A stretch of 34,274 nt of DNA. Origin: Natronohydrobacter sp. (GTDB taxonomy: Bacteria > Pseudomonadota > Alphaproteobacteria > Rhodobacterales > Rhodobacteraceae). A program made the position numbers and the translations under genes. The notes under the pieces are model-generated. The model saw nothing but the letters and a program-made list of their open reading frames with translations, was not told the origin of the DNA and made no database searches. Of the stretch, positions 26,500 through 34,274 are shown in pieces. How positions within the stretch are numbered: the stretch's first letter is position 1; each line of letters begins with the position of its first letter. The stretch lies in contig SKGU01000011.1 of the NCBI GenBank assembly GCA_007117255.1, positions 1 through 34,274 of the forward strand, given 5' to 3'.

Positions 26500-29400
26500 A
26501 TGTCCCCTCCAACGCTGCGCGGATCGAATTACGGCGGGTCTGCCAGAGCCCTGCAGCGTCAAGTTCGGCGAAACGCGCGCGCATGGCGGCCAGCGCCTGT
26601 GGATTGGCCTTTTGCAGAAACTCCACCACCGTATCATCACCCAGGGTGGCGGCGTGGAACTGGTCGAACAGATGCGGGCCAACCACCCCTGCCAGATGCG
26701 CAAACGCGGCCATGTTTTCGAGCGTCACTGCGATTTCCGCCGCCCCCCGGAAGCCGTGACGCTGCATCCCCATAATCCAGTCCGGATGGGCCGCACGCGC
26801 CAGCACCACCCGCGCAACCTCCTCGGACAGAGCGCGAGCGCGCGGGCGGGCCGGGTCAGTATTGTCCAGATGGTATAGCGCTGCCTGCCCGCCGGTCAGG
26901 GCCTGCGCTGCCGCAAAGCCTGCCTCGTGGCTGGCATAATCCTCGGCCAGCAACAGGTCAGTTTCGGGCAGATCCTGCCCATGCACAAACGCCCCGGCAC
27001 CCGCCACCCGCGCGCGCAAACCATCCATGTCCCGCGCAGCCTTGTCGCCATCGAGCGCCCATTCCGATGCTGCAAGCCATGCTGCGCCAGCCTGCGCGCG
27101 GGCATCGTCAGAATACTCGGTCAGAAGTGGTCCCATCCCCAGCCCGAATTGCCCCGGTGCAGGGCCGTATACCCGCGCGCCGGGGGCTGTGACATAGGGG
27201 TTCATATCCGCCGCTTCATCCCGCGCAGCCAAAGTGCGCACGACCTGCTGAAACAATGCCGAAAGTGTCGGAAACACATCGCGGAACAGACCAGAAACGC
27301 GCAGGGTCACATCTATGCGCGGATGCGCCATTTCGGCCAGCGGTACGATCTCGATACCCGATACCCGCTCTGATCCTTCATCCCAGACCGGTCGCGCCCC
27401 GATCAGTGCAAGCGCCATGGCGAAATCCTCTCCCGCGGTGCGCATCGTGGCCGAACCCCACAAATCGACCACCATACCGCGTGGCCAGTCTCCGTGATCC
27501 TGCAAATGCCGCCGGATCAACTCAGCAGCCAATCGTTCACCTTGGGCATAGGCCGCACGCGTGGGCACTGAACGCGGGTCCGTGGTGAACAGGTTGCGCC
27601 CCGTCGGCAGGACGTCCGTTCGGCCCCGATAAGGTGAGCCGGACGGCCCCGGCGCGATCCAGCACCCATTCAGTGCATCCACGAGCGCATGCGCTTCGCT
27701 TTGAACGGCAGGCACAGCGTCGAAACTCGTCTGTGCCTGCGGCGCGCGGCCCCAGATATGCAGCCCGTCGCCGAACTGGCTTTCCTTAACATCGCAAACG
27801 AAGCGATCAATCCTGGTAATCGCCTCGCTCACGCAAGCCTCTGCTGCAATGCCCAGATCAGACTCGACGCCAAGCGCGCGCGCTTCCTCCCGGATATCCC
27901 CCATCAGCCGATCCCTGCGGCGCGGGTCAAGGCCATCGGCGTTCGAGAACTCGTCGAGTAGCGCCTCCAGTCGGACGAAACGCTGCGGCGTGCCAGAGGC
28001 GCGCAATGGGGGCGGGATGTGACCCAAAGTGACCGCGCCGATACGGCGCTTGGCCTGCGCGGCCTCGCCCGGATCATTCACGATGAACGGATAGATCACC
28101 GGCAGCGCGCCAACCAGCGCTTCAGGCCAACAAGCATCTGAAAGCGCAACCGACTTGCCGGGCAGCCATTCCAGCGTCCCATGCGCGCCGATATGGATCA
28201 ACGCATCAGCCTGTTTGCGCAGCCAAAGATAGAAGGCGACGTAAGCATGGCGCGGAGTGCGGCTCAGGTCATGATAATCGTCATCGCGTGCCGCGCGCGT
28301 GCCGCGTTCTGGCTGCAGCGCGATCACTGCGCGCTCAGAGCGCAACGCCGTGAAGGCAAAGCCCCCCTCACAGGCCAGCGGGTCATCTTCCGGTGCGCCC
28401 CATGTTTGCGCCAGCGCCGCTTGCAATTCGGGCGCGAGCGTCTGCAGCGCGGTCTTGTAGGCTGCCAAAGGCCATGTGATCCGCGCCGTTCCAAAGGCTT
28501 CGGCCAGTGGCGGTGTCTCTGCGGTGTCATGCCCTGCCGCCTTCAAGTCCGCGAGTATGGCCTCCATCGAGGCCAGCGGGTCCAGACCCACGGCATGCGC
28601 CATGTTCCAGGGCCGCCCCGGATAGGTCGAGAGCACGAATGCCAGCCTGCGTTGCGCAGGCGCTGTTCTGGCCAGATCATGCCAACCTTTGACCCGCGCT
28701 ACAGCCGCGCGGATACGGGTGCCATCGGGGGCATGGGCATAGCGGGCAAATTCCAGCACCGGGTCTTGAACCTGCGGGTCTTTGAAGGACACGGCCCCTG
28801 CGAAAATCCGCCCGTCCACTTCGGGCAGCACCACATGCATTGCCAGATCCGCCGGTGACAGTCCGCGCTCCGATCCCTTCCACGCGGCGCAAGTCGCGGT
28901 CGAAAGCGCGACCTGAAACACCGGCACGCCTGCCGCATCGAGCGGCGAACCCGCACCGCCCCCACGGCCCGAAAACGAGGTCGCGTTGAGGATGGCCACA
29001 GGCTGCAAATGCGCCACTTGACGTGCCATCCATCCGCGCGCATCGGGCGCTTTCAACGAGGGCACGAACAGTCCGAGTGCGGCAAAGCCCTGCGCCTCCA
29101 GCTCGGCGCAAAGCGCCTTGATCGCGGCCAGATCGGCGGCCACCAACCAAGAGCGATAGAACACCACCAACACGCGCGGACGCATATCCGTTCCAAGGAT
29201 CAGCGGACAGGCCACACCCTCTGCCGCGGTCCATGCACCCACCTCTGGCAGGGCTTTCGCGCCCCGCACAGGCCCTGCATAGAGCCCGGCGGCAAGGGAA
29301 AGCTGCGCCAGGGCGGCTTGCGCGGCCACCTCACCCCCGGCATCGCAGAGCCTCAAAAGTCGTTGCAAGGTCGAGCTTGGCAGCGTCGAGACCGCATCAA

Positions 29401-29770
29401 GCTGAGGATCAGGCCGCCCATCTGCCGGCAACACCGCCAATGCAATCCCCTTGGCGCGTGCAAGACGTTCCACCTGCTGCAGCCCGTAAGCCCAATAGGG
29501 CACCCCACCGATCAGCCGGATCAGGATACCGCGCGCACCTGCAAGCGTCTGCTCCAGATATGTATCCACTGAAAGCGGATGGCGCAGTGCCGCCAGATTG
29601 GCCAAACGCAGCGCGGGCAAGCTGCCTGCTGCCCGGTGCCAGCCTGCCGCAAACGCCCCCAGATCGCTGTCAGAGAAGGACAGCACCACCAGATCTGCTG
29701 GCGATTGCCCCAGATCCGTCGGTGTATCGGTCTCTTCCAGGCCATGGCTTTCGCGGAAGATCACATGCAT
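26492..29770 (-). CDS. cobN: Cobaltochelatase subunit CobN
   Basis: [81 protein letters not shown] and LWQTRRNS. Confidence 0.96.
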   Translation of the reverse strand: MHVIFRESHGLEETDTPTDLGQSPADLVVLSFSDSDLGAFAAGWHRAAGSLPALRLANLAALRHPLSVDTYLEQTLAGARGILIRLIGGVPYWAYGLQQVERLARAKGIALAVLPADGRPDPQLDAVSTLPSSTLQRLLRLCDAGGEVAAQAALAQLSLAAGLYAGPVRGAKALPEVGAWTAAEGVACPLILGTDMRPRVLVVFYRSWLVAADLAAIKALCAELEAQGFAALGLFVPSLKAPDARGWMARQVAHLQPVAILNATSFSGRGGGAGSPLDAAGVPVFQVALSTATCAAWKGSERGLSPADLAMHVVLPEVDGRIFAGAVSFKDPQVQDPVLEFARYAHAPDGTRIRAAVARVKGWHDLARTAPAQRRLAFVLSTYPGRPWNMAHAVGLDPLASMEAILADLKAAGHDTAETPPLAEAFGTARITWPLAAYKTALQTLAPELQAALAQTWGAPEDDPLACEGGFAFTALRSERAVIALQPERGTRAARDDDYHDLSRTPRHAYVAFYLWLRKQADALIHIGAHGTLEWLPGKSVALSDACWPEALVGALPVIYPFIVNDPGEAAQAKRRIGAVTLGHIPPPLRASGTPQRFVRLEALLDEFSNADGLDPRRRDRLMGDIREEARALGVESDLGIAAEACVSEAITRIDRFVCDVKESQFGDGLHIWGRAPQAQTSFDAVPAVQSEAHALVDALNGCWIAPGPSGSPYRGRTDVLPTGRNLFTTDPRSVPTRAAYAQGERLAAELIRRHLQDHGDWPRGMVVDLWGSATMRTAGEDFAMALALIGARPVWDEGSERVSGIEIVPLAEMAHPRIDVTLRVSGLFRDVFPTLSALFQQVVRTLAARDEAADMNPYVTAPGARVYGPAPGQFGLGMGPLLTEYSDDARAQAGAAWLAASEWALDGDKAARDMDGLRARVAGAGAFVHGQDLPETDLLLAEDYASHEAGFAAAQALTGGQAALYHLDNTDPARPRARALSEEVARVVLARAAHPDWIMGMQRHGFRGAAEIAVTLENMAAFAHLAGVVGPHLFDQFHAATLGDDTVVEFLQKANPQALAAMRARFAELDAAGLWQTRRNSIRAALEGTYD

Positions 29771-29779
29771 GGGCTGCGC

Positions 29780-30835
29780 CTATTTTGCCGGAGCGGCGTC
29801 GGGCAACAGGATTGCACGGATCGCGGCGATATCGACATCATCATGCTCGGCAATCACCACCAACCGCCCAGAGCGAACTTCATCCGGGCGCCACGGCCGG
29901 TCAAACTGGTGCCGCACCCGCGCGCCGACCGCCTGCACCAGCAGCCGCATGGGCTTGCCTGTAACAGCGGCATAGCCCTTCACCCGCAGGATGCGATGCT
30001 CATGCGCCAGACGCTCAATCCGGACTGCCAGCGCAGAAGGGTCGCTGACTTCCGGCAGATCAATTACAACGCTCTCGAAATCGTCGTGCTCATGGTCGTG
30101 ATGGCCGTCATGATGGCTCGGCCGCGCCGCCAGATCGTTTTCCGCTGCGGCTCCAAGCCCCAGAATCACGCGCGTATCCATCACACCTTCGGCAACCTCA
30201 ACCACAGGCAGCACACGCGGCGTCTGTGTTGCAATCACCGCCCGCGCCCTGGCAAGCCCTGCGGCCCCGGCCAGATCAGGCTTGGTCAGAAGCACCAGAT
30301 CGGCACAGGCAATCTGATCTTCGAACACTTCCGAGAGCGGCGTTTCATGGTCCAGACTGTCATCAGCAGCGCGCTGACGGTCCACCGCGGCCACATCGGG
30401 AGCGAACCGCCCCACTGCCACCGCTTCGGCATCCGCCAAAGCAATCACCCCATCAACGGTGATCTGCGAACGGATCGCTGGCCAGTCGAAAGCCTTCAAC
30501 AAAGGCTTTGGCAACGCAAGCCCCGACGTCTCGATCAGGATGTGATCGGGGCGCGGCTCCAGCTTCATCAATGCCTCGATCGTGGGAATGAAATCATCGG
30601 CGACTGTGCAACAGATGCAGCCATTGGCCAGCTCGACGATATTCTCTTCGGGGCAGTCGGGCAGAGCACAGCCTCGCAGGATTTCACCATCGACCCCAAC
30701 TTCGCCGAATTCATTCACAACGACCGCCAGACGCCGCCCGCCGGGATTGCGCAGCAGATGGCTGATCAACGTGGTCTTACCAGCCCCCAGAAAACCTGTA
30801 ATCACTGTAACGGGAAGCTTCTCAAGCGTGGTCAT
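29780..30835 (-). CDS. cobW: Cobalamin biosynthesis GTPase/metallochaperone CobW (COG0523)
   Basis: PVTVITGFLGAGKTT, VNEFG, ELANGCICCTVADDF, IETSGLALPKPL, His-rich HHDGHHDHEHDD and LRVKG. Confidence 0.96.
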   Translation of the reverse strand: MTTLEKLPVTVITGFLGAGKTTLISHLLRNPGGRRLAVVVNEFGEVGVDGEILRGCALPDCPEENIVELANGCICCTVADDFIPTIEALMKLEPRPDHILIETSGLALPKPLLKAFDWPAIRSQITVDGVIALADAEAVAVGRFAPDVAAVDRQRAADDSLDHETPLSEVFEDQIACADLVLLTKPDLAGAAGLARARAVIATQTPRVLPVVEVAEGVMDTRVILGLGAAAENDLAARPSHHDGHHDHEHDDFESVVIDLPEVSDPSALAVRIERLAHEHRILRVKGYAAVTGKPMRLLVQAVGARVRHQFDRPWRPDEVRSGRLVVIAEHDDVDIAAIRAILLPDAAPAK

Positions 30836-31206
30836 TTGGAAAATCCTTCGATTGGGGGAATGCGTGCGATGCAATTCTTGCGGAAATGCTCAGGCCGTTC
30901 GCGCCAGGGCACAATCCCATCACAGGACGCCACATATTTTTGCACGCCGTCAAAAATCTCATCAAGATCGCCGTCAGCGGAAATCCGGCCATAGATATAC
31001 GTCCAGCGCATGCCTCCGCGCAGGGCAATCGTGCAGCCTTGCGAACAATTCGAGAGGCATTCCACCTCGCAGATCCGCACGCTTTCAGGTGCAAGAGCGC
31101 GCAAACGGCGCGCCAGCACGGCTCCGGGGCGTTCGGGGGGCTCTTGCTTGCAGCCCATGGCCCGGCAGCGCGTGCAGACCAACAGTTCAATCTGCGCCTC
31201 GCTCAT
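30832..31206 (-). CDS. DUF1636 family putative metal-binding protein
   Basis: LLVCTRCR...VECLSNCSQGCTIAL...WTYIYG...DGIVPWRERPEHFRKNCIARIPP. Translationally coupled to cobW. Confidence 0.9.
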   Translation of the reverse strand: MSEAQIELLVCTRCRAMGCKQEPPERPGAVLARRLRALAPESVRICEVECLSNCSQGCTIALRGGMRWTYIYGRISADGDLDEIFDGVQKYVASCDGIVPWRERPEHFRKNCIARIPPIEGFSK

Positions 31207-31395
31207 GGCGCACCCGTTGCGCAAACAGCAATATGCAACAGAAAATAGAGCTCAGAATATGGCATGGTGACACACATCTCTCCGGCAGCCTCCCGCTGCC
31301 ATAAGTGAAGGGCACCTGCCGTGGATCCGCATTGCGCGGTCGTCCTCCAGCAACAGATCACCCCGTCTGCAGTGGCCCGCACAGGCGGGCAGCGA

Positions 31396-31580
31396 GTGCT
31401 GGCAGGTCTCCCGGCTTGCGGATGTTGAGGTTTCCCTCAGCGGTCGTCCCGCCTTCCCGACCTGTATAGGCCAGTGGCATTGGGCGACCTCTCCGGTCAC
31501 GGTCGCGGGGGCGGCTGCGTTCGGGTTGACATTTCAACCTCGCGCATTCCCTTTTCACCTGCTAGGCAGGCACCAGCCCC
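31396..31580 (-). ncRNA. Cobalamin riboswitch controlling the DUF1636-cobW-cobN operon
   Basis: Minus strand GCTGGTGCC...AAAAGGGAATGCG...CGCAGCCGCCCCCGCGACCGTG...GCCACTGG...GGGAAGG...AGCCGGGAGACCTGCCAGC. Confidence 0.95.
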
Positions 31581-31622
31581 TCTTCTTGGCCATATGGATA
31601 TGCGACTGTCAAGGAAAAGCAG

Positions 31623-32231
31623 ATGGATGACACCACCCGCCGCCACAACGAAAAAATGAAGCGCATCAAAGCCGCACGCGATGAGATGATGAAGTCCAAG
31701 ACCGAAGAAAAAGGTCTGATCATGGTCCATACCGGCGCGGGCAAGGGCAAATCTTCCTCCGGGATTGGCATGATCATGCGCTGCATTGCACATGAGATGC
31801 CCTGCGCTGTGGTCCAGTTCATCAAGGGCAACTGGCAGACTGGCGAAAAGACCTTCCTGCGCGAGCGTTTTGCCGAGGAATGCCGATTCTTCGTCTCAGG
31901 TGAAGGCTTCACTTGGGAAACCCAGGACCGCGAGCGCGATGTGGCCGCAGCACAGAATGGCTGGCGAATCGCGCAAGAGCAGATCCTCGACCCCGAAATC
32001 CGCTTCGTGCTGCTCGATGAGATCAACATCGCCCTGCGCTATGAGTATCTTGATATTGACGAAGTGGTGGAGTTCCTGCTGACCCGCAAACCGCCCATGA
32101 CCCATGTCTGCCTGACAGGCCGCAACGCCAAGCCCGAATTGATCGAAGCTGCGGATCTGGTGACAGAGATGACGCTGGTAAAACACCCCTTCCGAGACGG
32201 TATCAAGGCGCAACTGGGCGTCGAGTACTGA
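31623..32231 (+). CDS. cobO: Cob(I)yrinic acid a,c-diamide adenosyltransferase
   Basis: GLIMVHTGAGKGKSSS, VVQFIKG, GEGFTWETQ, LLDEINIAL, TGRNA and ADLVTEM..KHPF..G..AQ.GVEY. Confidence 0.96.
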   Translation: MDDTTRRHNEKMKRIKAARDEMMKSKTEEKGLIMVHTGAGKGKSSSGIGMIMRCIAHEMPCAVVQFIKGNWQTGEKTFLRERFAEECRFFVSGEGFTWETQDRERDVAAAQNGWRIAQEQILDPEIRFVLLDEINIALRYEYLDIDEVVEFLLTRKPPMTHVCLTGRNAKPELIEAADLVTEMTLVKHPFRDGIKAQLGVEY

Positions 32232-32240
32232 GCGGTATAT

Positions 32241-32459
32241 GGGGGCGCTGCCCCCGCTCCCTGCGGTCGCCCCCCGGGATATTTGGACAAGGATGAAAAG
32301 GGATTGTTTACCTTTATGCGCGAAGGTGAGCCTGCGGTACAGGGAGGGATCCCGATGACCGCCAAGGGTGAAAGCACCGCGCCTCCCCCGGATAACCGGG
32401 CCCAGGCGCGGTGCCGATGTTCTGTGTTTCATCCTTGTCCAAATATCCCCGCCGGAGGC
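32241..32459. repeat. Intergenic inverted-repeat element (REP/MITE-like) between cobO and cobQ
   Basis: Perfect 23-bp inverted repeat GGGATATTTGGACAAGGATGAAA (32276-32298) / TTTCATCCTTGTCCAAATATCCC (32427-32449). Also a GGGGGCGCTGCCCCC hairpin on the left and an internal GC-rich hairpin. Confidence 0.8.
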
Positions 32460-32497
32460 GCACATCTGCGCGTGAGAATCTCGCTTGGGGCCGCGTC

Positions 32498-33940
32498 ATG
32501 ACTGCGCTGATGATCCAGGGCGCGGGCAGCAATGTCGGAAAATCCATGCTGGTGGCGGGGCTGTGCCGCGCGGCCCGCGCGCGCGGCCTGTCGGTTGCGC
32601 CCTTCAAGCCGCAGAACATGTCCAACAATGCCGCCGTCACTGTGGACGGGGGCGAGATCGGGCGCGCGCAGGCGCTACAGGCATTTGCCTGCGGGCTGGA
32701 ACCAGTGGTGGACATGAACCCGGTCCTGTTGAAGCCCGAATCCGAGACTGGCGCGCAGGTTATCGTGCAGGGAAAGCGCCTGACCACAACCCGTGCGGCC
32801 GAGTACAAGAACCTAAAGCCGGAACTCATGGGCGCAGTGCTCGAAAGCTTCAGGCGCCTAAGTGCGGCATATGACCTGGTGATCGTGGAGGGCGCGGGCA
32901 GCCCCGCCGAAGTTAATTTGCGCGCTGGCGATATTGCCAATATGGGCTTTGCTCGGGTGGCGGATGTGCCGGTCATACTCGTGGGTGACATCGACCGTGG
33001 GGGGGTCATCGCGCAGTTAGTCGGTACGCAGGCCGTGATTGACCCAGAAGATGCGGCCATGATCGCGGGTTTCGTGATCAACAAGTTCCGTGGCGACCCG
33101 CGCCTGTTCGACGGTGGATACAGGCTGATTGCCGCGTGCACCGGCTGGCCCGGTTTTGGTGTGCTGCCCTGGTTCACAGATGCGTGGCGCCTGCCAGCAG
33201 AGGATGCGCTTGATCTGCGAAATGGGCCGCGCCATACCGGGCTTCACATCGTCTGCCTGCAACTCTCGCGCATTGCGAATTTCGATGATCTCGACCCGCT
33301 CGCGCAGGAACCGGGAGTGCAACTGACCATGCTAGGCGCGGGACAGGCCATTCCGGGCGATGCAGATGTCGTGATCCTGCCCGGCACCAAATCAACGCGG
33401 GGGGATCTGGCTTTTCTGCGCGCGCAGGGCTGGGACATAGATCTTGCAGCCCATATCCGACGTGGCGGCCATGTGCTGGGGATTTGCGGCGGTTATCAGA
33501 TGCTGGGTGCGTCAATTTCGGACCCTGACGGGCTGGAGGGACCCGCTGGGCGTGATCGCGGCCTCGGCCATCTGGCTATCGACACGGTGATGCACCCTGA
33601 CAAACACCTGACGCGCGTGCAGGCCATGCATGCCGCAACCGGAAAGGCGTTTGACGGCTATGAAATCCATATAGGTCGCAGTGAGGGCGCAGACCGCGCG
33701 CGCCCTTTCGCCCATATCGCGGGTCAGCCAGAGGGCGCTATCAGCGCATCAGGGCGTGTGCAAGGCAGCTACCTGCATGGCATGTTCCGCGATGATGATT
33801 TTCGCGCTGCATGGCTGGCGGGTTTTGGGGTCTCTGTCCAGACTGGCTATACAGAGAGCATCGAGAACACGCTGGATACTCTGGCCGTACATCTTGAGGC
33901 GCATCTGAATGTAGCCGGATTGCTGACGCTTGCACGATAA
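32498..33940 (+). CDS. cobQ: Cobyric acid synthase
   Basis: [73 protein letters not shown] and SYLHG. Confidence 0.96.
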   Translation: MTALMIQGAGSNVGKSMLVAGLCRAARARGLSVAPFKPQNMSNNAAVTVDGGEIGRAQALQAFACGLEPVVDMNPVLLKPESETGAQVIVQGKRLTTTRAAEYKNLKPELMGAVLESFRRLSAAYDLVIVEGAGSPAEVNLRAGDIANMGFARVADVPVILVGDIDRGGVIAQLVGTQAVIDPEDAAMIAGFVINKFRGDPRLFDGGYRLIAACTGWPGFGVLPWFTDAWRLPAEDALDLRNGPRHTGLHIVCLQLSRIANFDDLDPLAQEPGVQLTMLGAGQAIPGDADVVILPGTKSTRGDLAFLRAQGWDIDLAAHIRRGGHVLGICGGYQMLGASISDPDGLEGPAGRDRGLGHLAIDTVMHPDKHLTRVQAMHAATGKAFDGYEIHIGRSEGADRARPFAHIAGQPEGAISASGRVQGSYLHGMFRDDDFRAAWLAGFGVSVQTGYTESIENTLDTLAVHLEAHLNVAGLLTLAR

Positions 33941-34153
33941 TGGGCGCGCCAATCCGCATAGCGTTCACTTGATTTTATGAAATAAGTTTTTTTTGCCGAA
34001 CTTGAGCCGATAGACAGCTTCGCTGTCGAATACCGTGATAGCTCTCAGAACAGAGTGCAGCCTTGTAGCGCATTCGAAATAAAAATTTCATAATCTGCCA
34101 AGCCAGAGAGGCCAGACAATATCGCCCAAGCAACTTATAACTTCAGCGTTGAA

Positions 34154-34243
34154 TGGCGGAGACGATGGGATTCGAACCCACGAGACCCTTCCGGGCCTAC
34201 TCCCTTAGCAGGGGAGCGCCTTCGACCACTCGGCCACGTCTCC
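34154..34243 (-). tRNA. tRNA-Ser (anticodon GCT), CCA-encoded, long variable arm
   Basis: Reverse complement GGAGACGTGGCCGAGTGGTCGAAGGCGCTCCCCTGCTAAGGGAGTAGGCCCGGAAGGGTCTCGTGGGTTCGAATCCCATCGTCTCCGCCA (90 nt). Confidence 0.97.
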
Positions 34244-34274
34244 GTCGACCCGTGTAATGATGTCCCCCCAGAGC

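Noticed and set aside
26492-29770. CobN shorter (1092 aa) than the roughly 1250-aa canonical form
   Set aside because: All conserved motifs from N- to C-terminus are present in one frame. Compact CobN is, to my knowledge, usual in Rhodobacteraceae.
29579-30994. 471-aa plus-strand ORF
   Set aside because: Antisense to well-supported cobW/cobN/DUF1636, with shadow-frame composition.
17428-33940. Absence of cobS/T, cobC/D, cobP/U/V and bluB from the cluster
   Set aside because: These genes are commonly elsewhere in alphaproteobacterial genomes. Absence from one window is uninformative.
1-34274. CRISPR arrays, transposases, integrases, prophage or known defence genes
   Set aside because: No spaced direct-repeat array or recognisable motifs of these families were seen.

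Overview
GC-rich alphaproteobacterial DNA, most likely Rhodobacteraceae (inferred from gene content, cob gene order and intergenic repeat style), in four blocks. (1) 1-3.7 kb: a decaying redox/aromatic-detox patch. It holds two gene halves (LysR and NADPH-dependent FMN reductase) joined back to back by an apparent deletion, a VOC ring-cleaving-dioxygenase/alpha-beta-hydrolase fusion, a pirin and a frameshifted DUF418 remnant. (2) 3.7-13.8 kb: nine co-oriented minus-strand genes of mostly unknown function: OmpA/DUF4892 protein, membrane-anchored hypothetical, 1101-aa exported protein with Ig-like and SH3b domains, acidic exported protein, LRR protein, double-SH3b protein, PruR-like periplasmic protein, histidine kinase with a W-x7-E periplasmic motif, and REC-PAS-LuxR regulator. 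This block is the best candidate for an undescribed system: a peptidoglycan-anchored envelope module coupled to a putative pterin-sensing two-component system. (3) 14.0-17.4 kb: a cobalamin riboswitch ahead of a small Cys-rich ORF and a FecCD-type ABC importer (cobalt or corrinoid). (4) 17.4-34.3 kb: the aerobic cobalamin biosynthesis cluster (second B12 riboswitch, DUF1636, cobW, N, G, H, I, J, antisense cobK, cobL, E, M, B, A, F, and divergent cobO and cobQ with an inverted-repeat element between them), then tRNA-Ser(GCT). Calls come from motif recognition by eye. No searches were run.
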